From: Octopus vulgaris
Lineage: Eukaryota
DNA: 64,000 nucleotides
Assembly: GCA_951406725.2 (NCBI GenBank)
Contig: OX597826.1
Location: 49,538,001-49,602,000, forward strand
Reading direction: 5' to 3'
Shown here one piece after another: positions 24,643-38,147 of the stretch; the first letter of the stretch is position 1, and each line of letters starts with the position of its first letter. The notes beneath the pieces were generated by a model, which had not been told where the DNA came from, made no database searches, and was given only the letters and a program-made list of their open reading frames with translations. Both the position numbers and the translations under genes were made by a program.

Positions 24643-25144
24643 GTGAGGGGGAAACTTGTGTGTGTTTGAGAGATTAAAAGACAAAGAGGGAAGTGAAATG
24701 ACATGGGGAGTGGTAGGGTGATAAGAGGCGATAGCTTTTCCTGTGGGAGTGGCAAAGAGAATTTGTAAGAACGAATTTGGAATTGAAATAGCTTTGGAAA
24801 GTGGCGTTAACCGGAAGTAAAAAGGTGTGACAGGTGAAGGAAGGTGAATGTGGGTTGTTGAAGGGACTGTAGCAAATGTAAAAAGTGGAATAAAGGGAGA
24901 GGAGAAAGAGGAAAGGTGTGAGGAATTGGAAAGAAATTACTGAAACTAAAGTTTAAAATGAAAGACGATGACTCATAGAGGAGAAAAGAAGAAAATATCA
25001 TAACAGGTTTAAGAATGGAAGGGAGGAAGGGAGGAAGGAAGAAAGAAAGAAAGAAAGAAAAAAAGAAAAGAAAAAGGAAGGAAGGAAGGAAGAAAGAAAG
25101 GAGGAAAATAACAAGGAAAGAGACCAAGAAAATGTATAGGAAGA

Positions 25145-25146
<2 letters not shown>

Positions 25147-25224
<78 letters not shown>

Positions 25225-25225
25225 T

Positions 25226-25309
<84 letters not shown>

Positions 25310-25467
25310 ACGAAGAAGAAGAAGAAGAAGACGAAGAAGAAGAAGAAGAAGAAGAAGAAGAAGAAGAAGAAGAAGAAGAAGAAGAAGAAGAAGAAGAAGA
25401 AGAAGAAGAAGAAGAAGAAGAAGAAGAAGAAGAAGAAGAAGAAGAAGAAGAAGAAGAAGAAGAAGAA
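25147..25467. repeat. Compound (AGT)n-(AGC)n-(AGT)n-(GAA)n microsatellite
   Basis: Direct reading. Confidence 0.97.
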
Positions 25468-25809
25468 ATTAATATTGCTGATGATGAGGGGGCGGTATGG
25501 TTAGGAGACACGCAACAGTCTCAGATTTCTTTAAATGGAACTGGACAAAAGAATAACAGTTTCAAGATGTTTCCAGAAAGACATAGGATCGGTATCGAGT
25601 CACAGACAGACTTTGATAAATTTGTAGAACGATGTATTTGATTTTTTACAGTCGTAGATGTTAATGGAACCACGTTACGTATGGATTGTTTCATATGACA
25701 GGAACTGGATTGAACTCGTCGCACGGAAAAAAAAACTTGCTTCTGGAAAGGAGCTAATCACTAGAAAACGAAACTCTCCACTTGTACAGGATTGGGAGTA
25801 TAATTTCCT

Positions 25810-26150
25810 ATTGGAGAAGAGTATAACGCTTTTAAAGGAGTTCGTCCCTGGACAAAAAATTGTCATTGAAGAAGAAATACCAATCTTTGAATTAACTTGC
25901 CACTGGAGCTCACCGCGGAACAGGAAGTCGCCACTGAAGAGAAATACGAGACTGTAAATGAAGATGCCACTGGAGAAGAATATAACACTTTCAAAGGAGC
26001 TCACCATGGGACAGGAAGTCGCCACTGAAAATAAATACCAGACTTCAAATGAAGTTACCAGCGAAGAGGAATATCACACTTTTAACAGGACTCACCACGG
26101 GACAGGAACTCGCCACTGTAAAGAAACACGAGACTTTATAAAATAAGTCA
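25810..26150 (+). repeat. Degenerate 91-bp minisatellite, about 3.5-4 units
   Basis: CTCACC..ACAGGAA.TCGCCACTG starts at 25909, 26000 and 26091; a weaker upstream unit is present. Confidence 0.85.
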
Positions 26151-26547
26151 CAGTTAGAAGAGTGCCGACAAATATAGATAGTATTCTAGCTTCGAATTGT
26201 AATGAGTATAATGACGTCACACAGTCTCTGTTTCAATCTTGCTGGATTGATTTAAGGATGTAGAAAGTTTTTCAGTCTAAAATTGTAGCATTATCTATTT
26301 GAAAACAAAGCACTGAAAGGTACCAAAGTATTGTTTTGAGTCAAAAGTTTTGGAATATTTTTGGTAACTTAGTTGCTTCCTTCTTCAAGTTACCACAAAA
26401 TAGCCTACCATCGTGTTGCGCTGTCTGAAGCCAGTTCTTTGATCTCACACTGATATCAGTTCTTCTCCTTTGAGACGAACTCCTTCATTGAAGCTTACGA
26501 GCGCAGGAAGTGAACCACAGGTTAGCAAAGAAGGTAGCAAAATATTC

Positions 26548-27060
26548 GTTTCTGCTCTAGGCACAAGGCACGAAATTTTTAGGGAGAAGTCCATTCGATT
26601 AGATCGGCCCCCAGTACACAACTGGTGCTTAATTTATCGACCCCGAAAGGATGAAAGGCAAAATCGACCTCAGTGGAATTTGATCTCAGAACACAAAGAC
26701 AGATGGAACACCGCTAAGCATTTCGCCCGGCGTGCTAACGTTTCTGCAAGCTTGCTGCCTTTAAATATAAATATTCTTTTCTACTCTAGCTAGGCACAAG
26801 GCTCGAAATTTTAGGGAGAAGTCCAGTTGATTAGATCGACACCCAGTTCACAACTGGTACTTAATTTATCGACCCCTAAAGGATAAAAGGCAAAGTCGAC
26901 CTCAGTGGAATTTGTTCTCAGAACGTAAAGACAGACGAAACACCGCTAAGCATTTCGCCCGGCGTGCTAACGTTTTTGCTAGTTCGCCGCCTTAATTTTA
27001 TAAGAGGACTATATTCTTTTATACTCTAGGCACAAGGCCCGAAATTTTAGGGGAGGGGGA
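26548..27060 (-). mobile_element. Tandem older-type SINE-A copies (two full plus one tail)
   Basis: CTCTAG..GCACAAGG..GAAATTTTAGGG tail occurs three times at ~235-bp spacing. Confidence 0.88.
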
Positions 27061-27099
27061 TAAACAGAACAGATATTAGTTCTACAGTACCACACTGCG

Positions 27100-27310
27100 T
27101 GAAAGCGCATGGCTTAGTGGTTAGAGTGTTGTAATCATCATCACAAGATTGCAGTTTCGATTCCCAGAAAACATTTCATTCTACATTGCTCTGGTCCAAT
27201 CAGCTGTATATGAGTAACTTCGCGATGTATTACCGTCCCGTTCAGGGCAAATGTCGTGAACCCGGCCATGGAAACCGGGTAAGCGGCCCTATGAGTCCTA
27301 ACACTTGAGA
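27100..27310 (+). mobile_element. SINE family D, decayed
   Basis: TGAAAGCGCATGGCTTAGTGGTTAG..GTTTCGATTCCC..CCGTCCCGTTCAGGG..GGAAACCGGG. Confidence 0.7.
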
Positions 27311-27775
27311 CAATATCTACTTACCGTAACTGTTTATAATGATGCTTTTTTTTTCTTCCTGCCTGCTGCTAGTGGGACTGAACTAGTGACCAGAAAGATA
27401 CGCAATTCCAGTGGTTTAGGCATAATTTTATGGTGTAAAATTACGCTGAAATACGTGACTCAAGAATTTAGATCATGAGGAAATGAAACAAATATTCTTT
27501 TTGTGAAACGAAAAAGCTTTTAACTGGTTGGATTCATAATTCATAAGAACTGGGAACGGACAATATGAGCATAGGATTTGCGACAAAATTAGTGGTGTAA
27601 AAAGAATTTAAATAATGTAACATGTGGTTGACTCTTATCCTGCTGTACTCGTCTTGTTGAGAAAGTATTTCTAATATATAACAAGTGCCAAGACATAAAT
27701 GACTGTCCCACGCAAATATCTAGTGATACGGCTATGTAGTATATCAACAGTAATATTATATTTGCTAACATATAT

Positions 27776-28116
27776 GTGCAGGTATGGCAGTGCTGTTAAG
27801 AAGTTCGCTTCGTAACCCCTTGGTTTCCAGTTCAGTCCCACTGCGTGGCACCATAAGCAAACATTTTCTACTATACCCCGGGATGACCAATGCTTTGTCA
27901 GTGAATTTCGTAGACAGAAACTCTGTGTGTGTGTGTGTGTGTGTGTCTTTTTGTTTGCCTCGCCATCATTTGAAAGCCGGTACTGTTTTCTTCGTCTCCG
28001 TAACTTAGCGGGTCGGCGAAAGAGCACGATAGAACAAGTGCCAAATTTTAAAACAATAAGTAAGGGGTTCGATTTGTTCGACTAGACCCCTCAAGGACCC
28101 TGGGACACTGCCTTGA
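27776..28116 (+). mobile_element. SINE family B, decayed
   Basis: GTTCAGTCCCACTGCGTGGCACC, internal (TG)n, CGTAACTTAGCGG. Confidence 0.8.
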
Positions 28117-29225
28117 GGCAATCAGAAAAAAAATAAAACAGCATAGATCCCACTATATAATTATAAAGGATATCGACAATATGTGATATCATATCCAACG
28201 CAACTATCCAAAGATATAATTATAAAATATATCAACTATAATTATCATATTATCTAACAGATATCCAGGGTTCTAATTATATTGTATATGATCAGCTATT
28301 AATATGATATCATCCATCACTTACGCGAAGATACAAATATAGAGGATGTCAGCAAAAATATCATATCGTTCATCACATATTCAACGAAATATCTGCATTT
28401 TTTAGCAATTATATATAGTATATAAGTATATTATATAATATGGTGAAATATATAGTATATTAACAGTTAATATATCACATATCCTCCAGCACATATCTAC
28501 TAATGATATAGGCTATATCAATATCAATATTAGATTATCCAACATATAATTATCAATATAATTATAAGCGACAATTTGTATATAGGTTACATAAATGATG
28601 GCTGGCTGGCTGGCTGGTTGGTTGGCTGGTTCGTTTCTCTAGTCGTGCTTTACATCGTATCGTGAGAAGGAGAAAAAGAGTAAAAGAGAGATACAGAAAG
28701 AATTAAGATAAGAATTACAGGATGAATGCACATACTGGGCTTGGTTGCAGGCAATGAGTAAAGAAACACTACACACATATGATGAGAGAGAGACAGACAG
28801 AAAATCATAGACACAGAAGAGGGTCCGGTCATTAAGTATCTATGTATTCAATTAATGGATCTCACAAGGACGGGAAAATGGCAGATTCGCTAGACCGTCG
28901 GGAGCAATGCTTTGCAGTATTAGTTCCAGCGCTAAACATTCTAAGTTCAAAACCTACTACGGTCAAGTTCAATTTGTATTCCTCCAATATTTACAAAATA
29001 AACTACCAGTCAAGTATTCAGGTCAGTTGCTTCCGGCACAAAACTTCAAATAAAATTTTTGGCTTTTACTGTCGTTAAAAATTTTAAAAAAAAGCTATTC
29101 TATGGGTTCCACTTAGAATTTGGCAAATTTTGGGGACTACCTCCAAGAATTTTAGCCAACATTATAAGTTCCAGGAGTTAGTTGTTATACTAATCTTGGA
29201 AGAAGAAAAGACAAAATCGGATATG

Positions 29226-29277
<52 letters not shown>

Positions 29278-29361
29278 TATACATACATATACATATATGA
29301 TATATATGTATGCATATATACGTGTATATATATATACATATATGTATGTATGAATGTATGT

Positions 29362-29402
<41 letters not shown>

Positions 29403-29843
29403 AACATATATTGTCTAACTCCTATTCATCAGTGATAATAAAGTTTCTCACGATATCGACAGTAAGTAGATATCAGATTTATTATCGACTGTGTATTTTT
29501 GTTTGTTTATTTTACTTGTCTGGGATTTATTACGACGGGTGGGTGGGGGAGCGTCGGGTGGTTTATTTCATTTTTAAAAATATTAAAAAATAACACAATA
29601 ATTAAGAGGATGGGTAAGTAAATACTTATGGATAATCTAGAGACCAAATATTCGAATCATGTTGCATATCCGGTTCCGGACTAAGCTGTTCTGATGTCAT
29701 AGATACTTTTTTGTGTTTTTTTTTGTTATCATAATTTTTTTTTAATTTTTTTTTTTTTACGTATTTTTAAGAAAGGATATACTGATGTGGTTTCCATTTC
29801 CGTATATTATATATGTATTTGTAAGTATATGAATGTATGTATG

Positions 29844-29890
<47 letters not shown>

Positions 29891-29925
29891 CTGTGTATGT
29901 TTGTGGGTATGTATGTGTGTGTGTG

Positions 29926-30025
<100 letters not shown>

Positions 30026-30499
30026 TATACAGGTACATGAATTAACTATACATACATACATACATATGTATACGTATATATTCATGCAAACACAATGCAT
30101 ATATACACTCACACATACATACACATACACATATGAATACTTAATACAGAAGATGCACATACATGTTTGCGTTTATATATATATATATACACACACTCAT
30201 ATATGTACAAATACATAATACATATTTAATATAGAAGATCTCAAGTCTACGTATACATGTAGAAGAACGCTTATTCCATGCCTATTCCAGGCCTGCCTAC
30301 ATATACATACGTGTGAATTAGTCATGGGACACCTTATGTTGTAATGAAAATCTTTAAAACGGTTGATGACTATGTAAAAAAAAACCCTGCGGATTTGTTA
30401 TGCATATTATTTTCACATATGTTGTCTATCTTTACCGCTGTAGAAGAACCAATGTTTATAGTTTAGCCATTAAATTTAACTGAAACATATCTGTATTAT

Positions 30500-30704
<205 letters not shown>

Positions 30705-31517
30705 GGGAACTGCAGCAATAATAAACACTACGTATGAATTAGAGAATTACCAATGGGACATTTAAAAAGTAAAGCTATAAACGAAATGCGCTTAACTTCC
30801 GAAAATTTCTTCATTAAAAACGAATAGTTCTACGACGCAGCCATTTTAAATTTATTTATTTATTTATTTATTTATTTATCAATTATGTTTATTTGTTTAT
30901 CTGTCTGTTTGTTTGTTTATTTGTTTTAATTTACCTTTACTGTTTTGGCCAAAGATAAAAGTAATTTTGACGTGTCGAACTTATAAGAAGATCGTTTTCA
31001 TATATTTCATTTGAAACTATAATTTTTTTTCTTTTAACTGATGTTTAAATAAGTATTTCTCCTCTGTTTTGTTTCTTATTATGCTTTTTAATGAGCTAAT
31101 TTACCTACGTCTAAATTAATAATTAAAAGTAAATACTCTGGTGAATTAATGAAGCCATATTAATCACCTAAAAATGGTTCTCCTCCAACTAAATAGTTTT
31201 TATATTTCTTTAACAACAAATAGAACTGGGCAACGCCTTGCAGGAAAAAAACACAACGTAAACACGCTTTCTCTTCATACCAATGAAGAGCTCTCTATGT
31301 GGTTGCATGACCTGCTAGAAATAGCAACCATATCTCTTTTCTATCGTACCCTAGCATTTCATTTTGGAAGATGTAGCTTTAGATGTACTGTGTATAAAAC
31401 AAAGTATGGTGGGGTGGTCACAAATGAAATGCTTTTTTCATACGGTCAACTCGAGCAAGGTTGACCACGGGCTAAACAGCCACAGCAACATTTTTATGTA
31501 AGTTCAATGTTTCATAT

Positions 31518-31870
31518 GAAGGCGACAAGCTGACAAGATCATTAGCAGCTCGGACAAAATGCTAAGCGGTATTTTCTCCGAGATCGACTTTGCCTTTCAT
31601 CCTTTCGGGGTCGATAAATTAAGTACCAGTTACGCACTGGGGTCGATGGAATCGATTTAATACCTATGTCTGTCCTTGTTTGTCCTCTCTATGTTTAGCC
31701 CCTTGTGGGTAATAAAGAAATAGGTATTTTCTCCGGTTCTTTACATTCGGAATTCAAATCTCACTGAATTCAAATTTGCCTTCCCTCCTTTCGGGGTCGG
31801 TAAAATTAAGCACCAATCAAGCACAGAGGTCAATATGATCGACTTGTCCCCTCCCCTCAAAATTACCTCC
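31518..31870 (+). mobile_element. Old SINE-A containing a 5'-truncated young SINE-A (31581-31722) with a 13-bp TSD
   Basis: GGTATTTTCTCCG at 31568-31580 and 31723-31735 flanks the insert. Confidence 0.9.
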
Positions 31871-32220
31871 CTTGAATTCTATAACCGACTGCTGTCACAT
31901 TCAAAGGAAGTGTTGTGAGCATGAGCACTTATTTGCCATGAAAACCGAGTAACCGGCCTCCATAGCAAGACCATTAGCAGCTTGAACAAAATGCATAGAG
32001 ACATTTTTCCGGTTCAAATCCCACAAAAGGCAAATTTGCCTTTCTTCCTTTCGGGGTCGATAAAATTAAGCACCAACCAAGCATAGGTTGATATGATCGA
32101 CTTGTCCCACCTACCATCAAAATTTCTGACATTGAACTCTATAACCGACTGGCGTCGCGTTCAAGGTAAGTATTGTGAACATGGGTACTTATACGCCATG
32201 GAAATCGAGTAACCGGTCTT
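31770..32220 (+). repeat. Diverged ~260-bp tandem duplication (SINE-A body plus flank)
   Basis: AAATTTGCCTT..AAAATTAAGCACCAA..CTATAACCGACTG..CGAGTAACCGG occurs twice. Confidence 0.85.
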
Positions 32221-33019
32221 ATGAATCTTAGAAATTAAGAAAAGAAATGTATGATATGGCTTCTTCCGTAAATAGCTGCTCCCGTAAGCAAACCGCTTCA
32301 CCTTTATGAATCCTAGGAATAAAGAAAAATGTATCATATGGTTTCTTCTCTAAACGGCTGTTCCTCGGAACAAGTTACTTCTCATTTTAAAAATATTTCA
32401 AACGATTTATTTGATACACGCCAGTACTAGGTGTAGATCATCAAATACTAGCAACAACTAGTAGAGCACTTTATCTTCTTTTTGGTCTGACTGTCTTTTA
32501 CACTGAAGCGAACTGATGTTCAACTCTTTCCTTGCCAGCCTCTCGTGTTTCGTACTTATACATGCATTCACACACAATGTTCACTTGGATACAGATTTAC
32601 ACATAAATTTACACTTATTCATATACATTAGTACATACATACATAAATGTGTATGTACGTACATACATAAAAATATACATATATACAAGTATGCATACGT
32701 ACTTACATAAGCACATGCATACGATTAGTTGCACATGGAAAATATACATACATACAAATAATAATATAAAAAAACTGGTCAGAGGTGACACAGGTATCTT
32801 TCTCTTATGTATATATAGATATAAAAAGAAAAAGAACGTAAATTAGCCTAAGAAAATTATTGTATATTGCTTAAATTTATTTTGATTTGTGTATGTGTGT
32901 GTGTGTGTCTGGTACTGGCGAGTCACTTTTTATTACATCTTGATATGTATGTATGTATATATATACATATATATATACGCGTGTGTGTGTGTGTGCATGT
33001 GCGTGTGAGTGTATGTGCG

Positions 33020-33051
<32 letters not shown>

Positions 33052-33094
33052 AGTATATATATATGCATATAAGTATTTAAGTTATATATGTATG

Positions 33095-33131
<37 letters not shown>

Positions 33132-33134
<3 letters not shown>

Positions 33135-33231
33135 GGCGTGGCTGTGTGGTAAGAAGCTTGCTTACCTACCACATGGTTCCGGGTTCAGTCCCACTGCGTG
33201 GCACCTTGGACAAGTGTTATTCTACTATAGC
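33132..33231 (+). mobile_element. SINE family B head, truncated
   Basis: GCAGGCGTGGCTGTGTGGTAAG..CTACTATAGC. Confidence 0.88.
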
Positions 33232-33359
33232 TTCAAGCGTTGAGCCACTCAGCTAAATATTAATAAAAATATACATAAACTCATATTTTGAGTTCTATTT
33301 TTCCTGGTTGCATCAACATGCCAATATATGTATCCCTTGATGCATATATTGGCATGTTG

Positions 33360-34570
33360 ATGCAACCGGGAAAAATAGAACTCAAGAATACAACAAGGAG
33401 AAATAGTTAGACTAATGTAGAGCAAACGGAAAACTAGACAGAAGCTATAATGACGGGAAATTAAACAAAGACACGATACACGGAATATTCGCAGCTAAGT
33501 TTTTCTCTTCAGTCAATGGCGCAAAATATCATGGTGGTTTCGCGCCATTACCATTGGGACCACTCAATTTTGCAGGTGCCAGTGCTGTTATTAAGCTACT
33601 GGGAAAAAGCTAGCGAATGTATACTAAGACAGAAACAAAGAAGCCATTATATAAATACAACAGACAAATAATTATGCATATATAACAGCAGGCAGCCTTG
33701 CGGCTATATACAACAGGAGAAAATATCTAATAATTATATATATACCACAAATACAAGAGAAAGAAATTTGCAACAATCAAACGAACTTAGTGCGGTTGCG
33801 CAAAAATGAAACTGAGTAAGTCCTAGAGGGCGTTGCAGAAGCTCAGACCAGCATGACTAGTCTAGTCAAAGGAAGGGCGAAAAGGAAGACCGCCTTCGTT
33901 GGACATAGGTCATATGGTATGGAAGAGGAAGTGTTGAGAGAGGGAAAGAGAAGCGACAGAGAGAGAGAAAAACAAAGAAAGGTACAAGGGAAGTGAGCAA
34001 GGGCGAAAATAGAGGGTAAAAGTAAAGAAAGAGGAAGAGTCAGAGTAGAGGTAGAAAGAGATAGAGTAAGAGGGAAAGAGGGGGAGACAGAGAGAGAGAG
34101 AACGAAAAAGAAGGGGAGACAGAGAGAGAAGAGAAAGATACAAGGGAAGCAAGTAAGGGCGGAAAGAGAGAGTAGGAGTGGAGAAAGAGATAGAGTAAGA
34201 GTAGAGGTGGAAGGAGGTATAGTAAAAGTAGAGAGAGAGAGTTAAGAGTCGCACAATAAATATTCAAGGAATATTTTTTACAAAAAAAGTAATCAAAGGA
34301 GGGGAGCGCTGCGCTACCTGGATGTATTAAGAGAAAGAACACAATAAGGAGAACATTTAGACTAAAGCAGAACAAACGGAAAACTAGGCGAAAACTTAAT
34401 AGACAAGAAATTTAGACAACTACACGATACACGGAATATTCGTAACTGAGTTTTCCTCGTCAGTCAATGACCCAAAATATCAGTGGTTTTGCGCCATTAT
34501 TATTGAGACCACTCAATTTCGTAGGCACCAGTGCTATTAAGCTACTAGGAAAATACTAGAGAACGTATAC
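33360..34570. repeat. Two diverged copies of a ~270-bp dispersed repeat (33360-33625, 34310-34570)
   Basis: CAAACGGAAAACTAG..ACACGATACACGGAATATTCG..CAGTCAATG..GCGCCATTA..GACCACTCAATTT occurs in both. Confidence 0.85.
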
Positions 34571-34670
34571 TATCGTCTACCTTTTCTCTTTGTATTCTTT
34601 CTGTTCAACCCTTGATACATCCATGTAGCGTAATACACATCCTGTTTGTTTAGCTATATATGTATACATA

Positions 34671-34715
<45 letters not shown>

Positions 34716-34766
34716 TCATACATATATATATATACACTCATACATATATATATATATATATATACA

Positions 34767-34805
<39 letters not shown>

Positions 34806-35254
34806 GTATATGTATATGTATACACATACACACGCATATATATATATATATATATATATATAAATTAGGAAATGAAATATACACCATAATCACCATATAA
34901 TTAAATTTAATTCGTTTCAATGTTTTCCGGTCCCCGAAGATCACAGACATAATTTTATCTCTAATAGAAATAACTTTATAATGAGCGACAGTTGTATCAG
35001 AAATCTTGCAGCTTCACTAACCAGTCAAACAAAGAACTCGTAAAGCTTCTCATAATTGCAACAAACCTAATATCGCCTTTCATCGGTAAGCACTTTTCTT
35101 AAACGTTTGCTTATCGATATAAGTGGGAAAAAATTTAGGACTTACTGGAAATACCTTTAAAATAGGGTTATTTTGGCATGTGTATACATTCAATCATTCA
35201 GATACTCAGGACACTTCAAATTTTCACATCTCTATACATTCCAAAATAATTATC

Positions 35255-35638
35255 TCTACTATAGGCACAAGGCCTTGAAACTTTTGGTGGGAAAGGGGCT
35301 AGTCGATTATATCGAACCCAGTACGAAACTGGTACTTATTTAATCGACCCCGAAAGGATGAAAAACAAAGTCGATATCAGCGGAATTTGAACTCAGAATG
35401 CAGCGGCAGACGAAATACCTATTTCTTTACTACCCACAAGGGGCTAAACACAGAGAGGACAAACGGATTAAGTCGATTACATCGACCCCAGTACGTAACT
35501 GGTACTTAATTTATCGACCCCGAAAGGATGAAAGGCAAAGTCGACCTCGGCGGAATTTGAACTCAGAACGTAACGGCAGACGATATACGGCTACGCATTT
35601 CTTCCAGCATGCTAACGTTTCTGCCCGTTTGCCGCCTT
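35255..35638 (-). mobile_element. Young SINE-A nested in an older SINE-A
   Basis: Junction GACGAAATACC|TATTTCTTTACTACCC at ~35420, the same junction as at ~7150. Confidence 0.9.
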
Positions 35639-35945
35639 AGATCCCAAAATAATAAAATCAATTGGTCATTATAGAACCTTCGACCTCCTGTACTGATGGC
35701 ACAAGAAGATGTGACTATTCTCTCTCGGAGGGATATCCCATTTCATTAAAAAATTTCCCCAATTTTGTACAAAAGACCGGAAATTTTGAATACTTGCGGA
35801 CATTCCCATCGATTTTTATTGAAGAATTTCGAACTGACCAAAACAGTTTATATTCCTCATAATGGATTCGCCATATGTTGAAAGGTGTTTACATATCGAC
35901 AAAAAAAAAATTAATGTTTATTAGCATTGATATCTCACCAACAAT

Positions 35946-36156
35946 AAGGCGGCGAGCCGATAAAATCGTTTGCATGCCGGACAAAACACTTAGCTGCATT
36001 TTGTCTGTTTTTACGTTCTGTTTTCAAATTCCGTCGAAGTCAACTCTGCCTTTCATTCTTTTGGTTTTGATAAAATTAGTCCCATTTGAACAATGGCATC
36101 GATGTAATCAACGTACTCGTTCCCAAAATTGCCGGCCTTGTACCAAAATTTGAAAT
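35946..36156 (+). mobile_element. Older SINE-A, full length
   Basis: AAGGCGGCGAGC head to GGCCTTGTACCAAAATTTGAAA tail. Confidence 0.82.
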
Positions 36157-36316
36157 CAACATTTTCACTAACAATAGCTGCCGGCTTTATCAAAAAGGCA
36201 ATATCTCCTGAGCGAGCCTGCTTTAGTTGATGACAGAAGAAACATCATTTTGTCTGCTAAGGAATTTATGCATTCATGTATGTATGTATGTATGCATGTA
36301 TGTATGTATGTATGTG

Positions 36317-36419
36317 TGGAGGCACATGGTCTAGGGGTTAGAGCAGCGGACTCGCGGTTGAGGGATCGTGGGTTCGAATCTCAGACCGGGCGATGTGTGT
36401 GTTTATGAGCGAAACACCT
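36317..36419 (+). mobile_element. SINE family C head, truncated
   Basis: TGGAGGCACATGG..GGGTTCGAATCTCAGACCGGGCG..GAGCGAAACACCT. Confidence 0.85.
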
Positions 36420-36460
36420 GGCCATCGAAAAAATTGCTCGAGCATTTTTTCGATGGCCTG

Positions 36461-36519
36461 ATAACTGAAGAGATGGTGGCATGGGTTTCCGGCCCGATAT
36501 CCGAAACTCGGAGTTTTAC
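36461..36519 (+). ncRNA. Type I hammerhead-ribozyme-like motif within a probable Penelope-like terminal fragment (36420-36625)
   Basis: TAA-CTGAAGA-GAT..GGG..CCC..ATC-C-GAAA-CTC-G-GAG-T-T-TTA: intact core boxes, minimal stem III, GUU site, 3-bp stem I. Confidence 0.55.
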
Positions 36520-36628
36520 TATGGCTACCGAATAATTGTCACATATGATATTTACAGATAAATTCCTCTATTTACATAACATCGAGGTCTCTTTCAATCT
36601 TTTGTTGTCTTATCATTTTTATCATATA

Positions 36629-36986
36629 CTAGCAGTATCGCCCGGCGTTGCTCGGGTTTGTTTCGACCCGCTGGAATTGTAATTTTGAAAAGTAAAAATT
36701 TTGTGAACATTTTTCTGGTCGAAATACACCGAAAAGTGGCGACACAGCAGTGAAAAAATCGTAAAAAATAGGGATTTTCATAGAAAAAAGCATCTTTTTG
36801 ATGTAAATAATTTTTGGTGTTAACATGGTCCGATTTGAATTTTATGTTCTACGGAAGGAAGAGCAACCCTTCTTCTATCATACTCTCAATTTTGGTCAAC
36901 TTGCGCCGCAGGGTCTCGGAGGAGATAGTGTTAGTTGAAGGTTACCAAACGTGGCGCACACAGACAACTTTAGCTTTATATAGAGA
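36629..36986 (-). mobile_element. Non-autonomous Helitron
   Basis: 5' TCTCTATATAAAGC, 3' CCCGAGCAACGCCGGGCGATACTGCTAG, A|T target; same subfamily as 50597-50933. Confidence 0.88.
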
Positions 36987-37055
36987 TAACACACACACAT
37001 TAATACACATACATAGACACACACACACATGTATGTATGGATGTATATATGGGTA

Positions 37056-38086
37056 CTTGTATCGCAGAGTGGTCCCGGTTGCGCACACGCGGATTCGCGC
37101 GTGCGAGCCAGACGTAGGTACTCGATACTCGATCGCCCTTAAATAATTATTTTTTTTTACAGAAACGCGAACGTATATAACGCGCAAAATTATTCCGTAG
37201 AATTTATCAAATTAAATAACGCAAAATTAATATATTTTTTGAAATTGCAAATTATTTAGAATATAAAAATCTGGCTGCTATTTCTAGGTGCTTGAGTAAC
37301 AACCTCGCGGATTTACAGATAAATGAATTAATTACTATTTTACAGAATAAAATTACATAATTCTTGAAAATCAATTAATATTAATATTTTTTGAACAAAG
37401 TAAATAATTTTTAAAACTTAAATAATAATTGTTTTTACACAAACGCGAACGGGGAAAAGGGGGTGGCGAATTCGATTTTTTTATTTTCGTTGAATGAATA
37501 GAAAAAATGTATAATATATGTTGTACATACCTAAATTTATTCTTTTTCATGACATTGTAGCAAAATAGTAGTGAATTATATAAATACCAGCAGTACATTT
37601 TTTTTTCTGGGGTATTTTTTTCAACCTCGTCACATATTTGCCCCTTTCAATATAAACAAAGTCTTAATTAAGCAATTACGGCAGCTTAGCAATGGTTTCA
37701 ATACAGGCGTGACATCTGTATCTCAATTGTTCAAAACCCTTGGAATTTTTTCGCACGTGATGATATCATAGTGAAAACTTTCAATTACGCGCGCTTAGAA
37801 GTACGCTCGCAAATTAATTTGAAGTTCGCGCTCCGCTTGTGTGTGTGTGTGTGTGTGCGTGCTTTAGATGTACGTAGGTATGTGTTTTTGTGTGTGTGTG
37901 TCACTGAAGCCATACATACATATATACATACATAACCCCTCTCTCTCTTTTCTCTCTCAGTCACTCACTACAAAAAGTGAATAAAAAAAGTTCAGTTATT
38001 TCGGTCTTTCACTCTCTCTGTCTCTTTACACACACTAACAAAATCACTTCACTTACACACCACACTTTCTGTGTCGCACAACCCAT

Positions 38087-38147
<61 letters not shown>

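Noticed and set aside
25015-25641. 208-aa acidic protein ORF
   Set aside because: It is mostly (AGT)n and (GAA)n; the unique 55-aa tail has no recognisable similarity.
25810-26150. CRISPR-like array
   Set aside because: Whole units are homologous with no unique spacers, there are no cas genes, and the context is eukaryotic.
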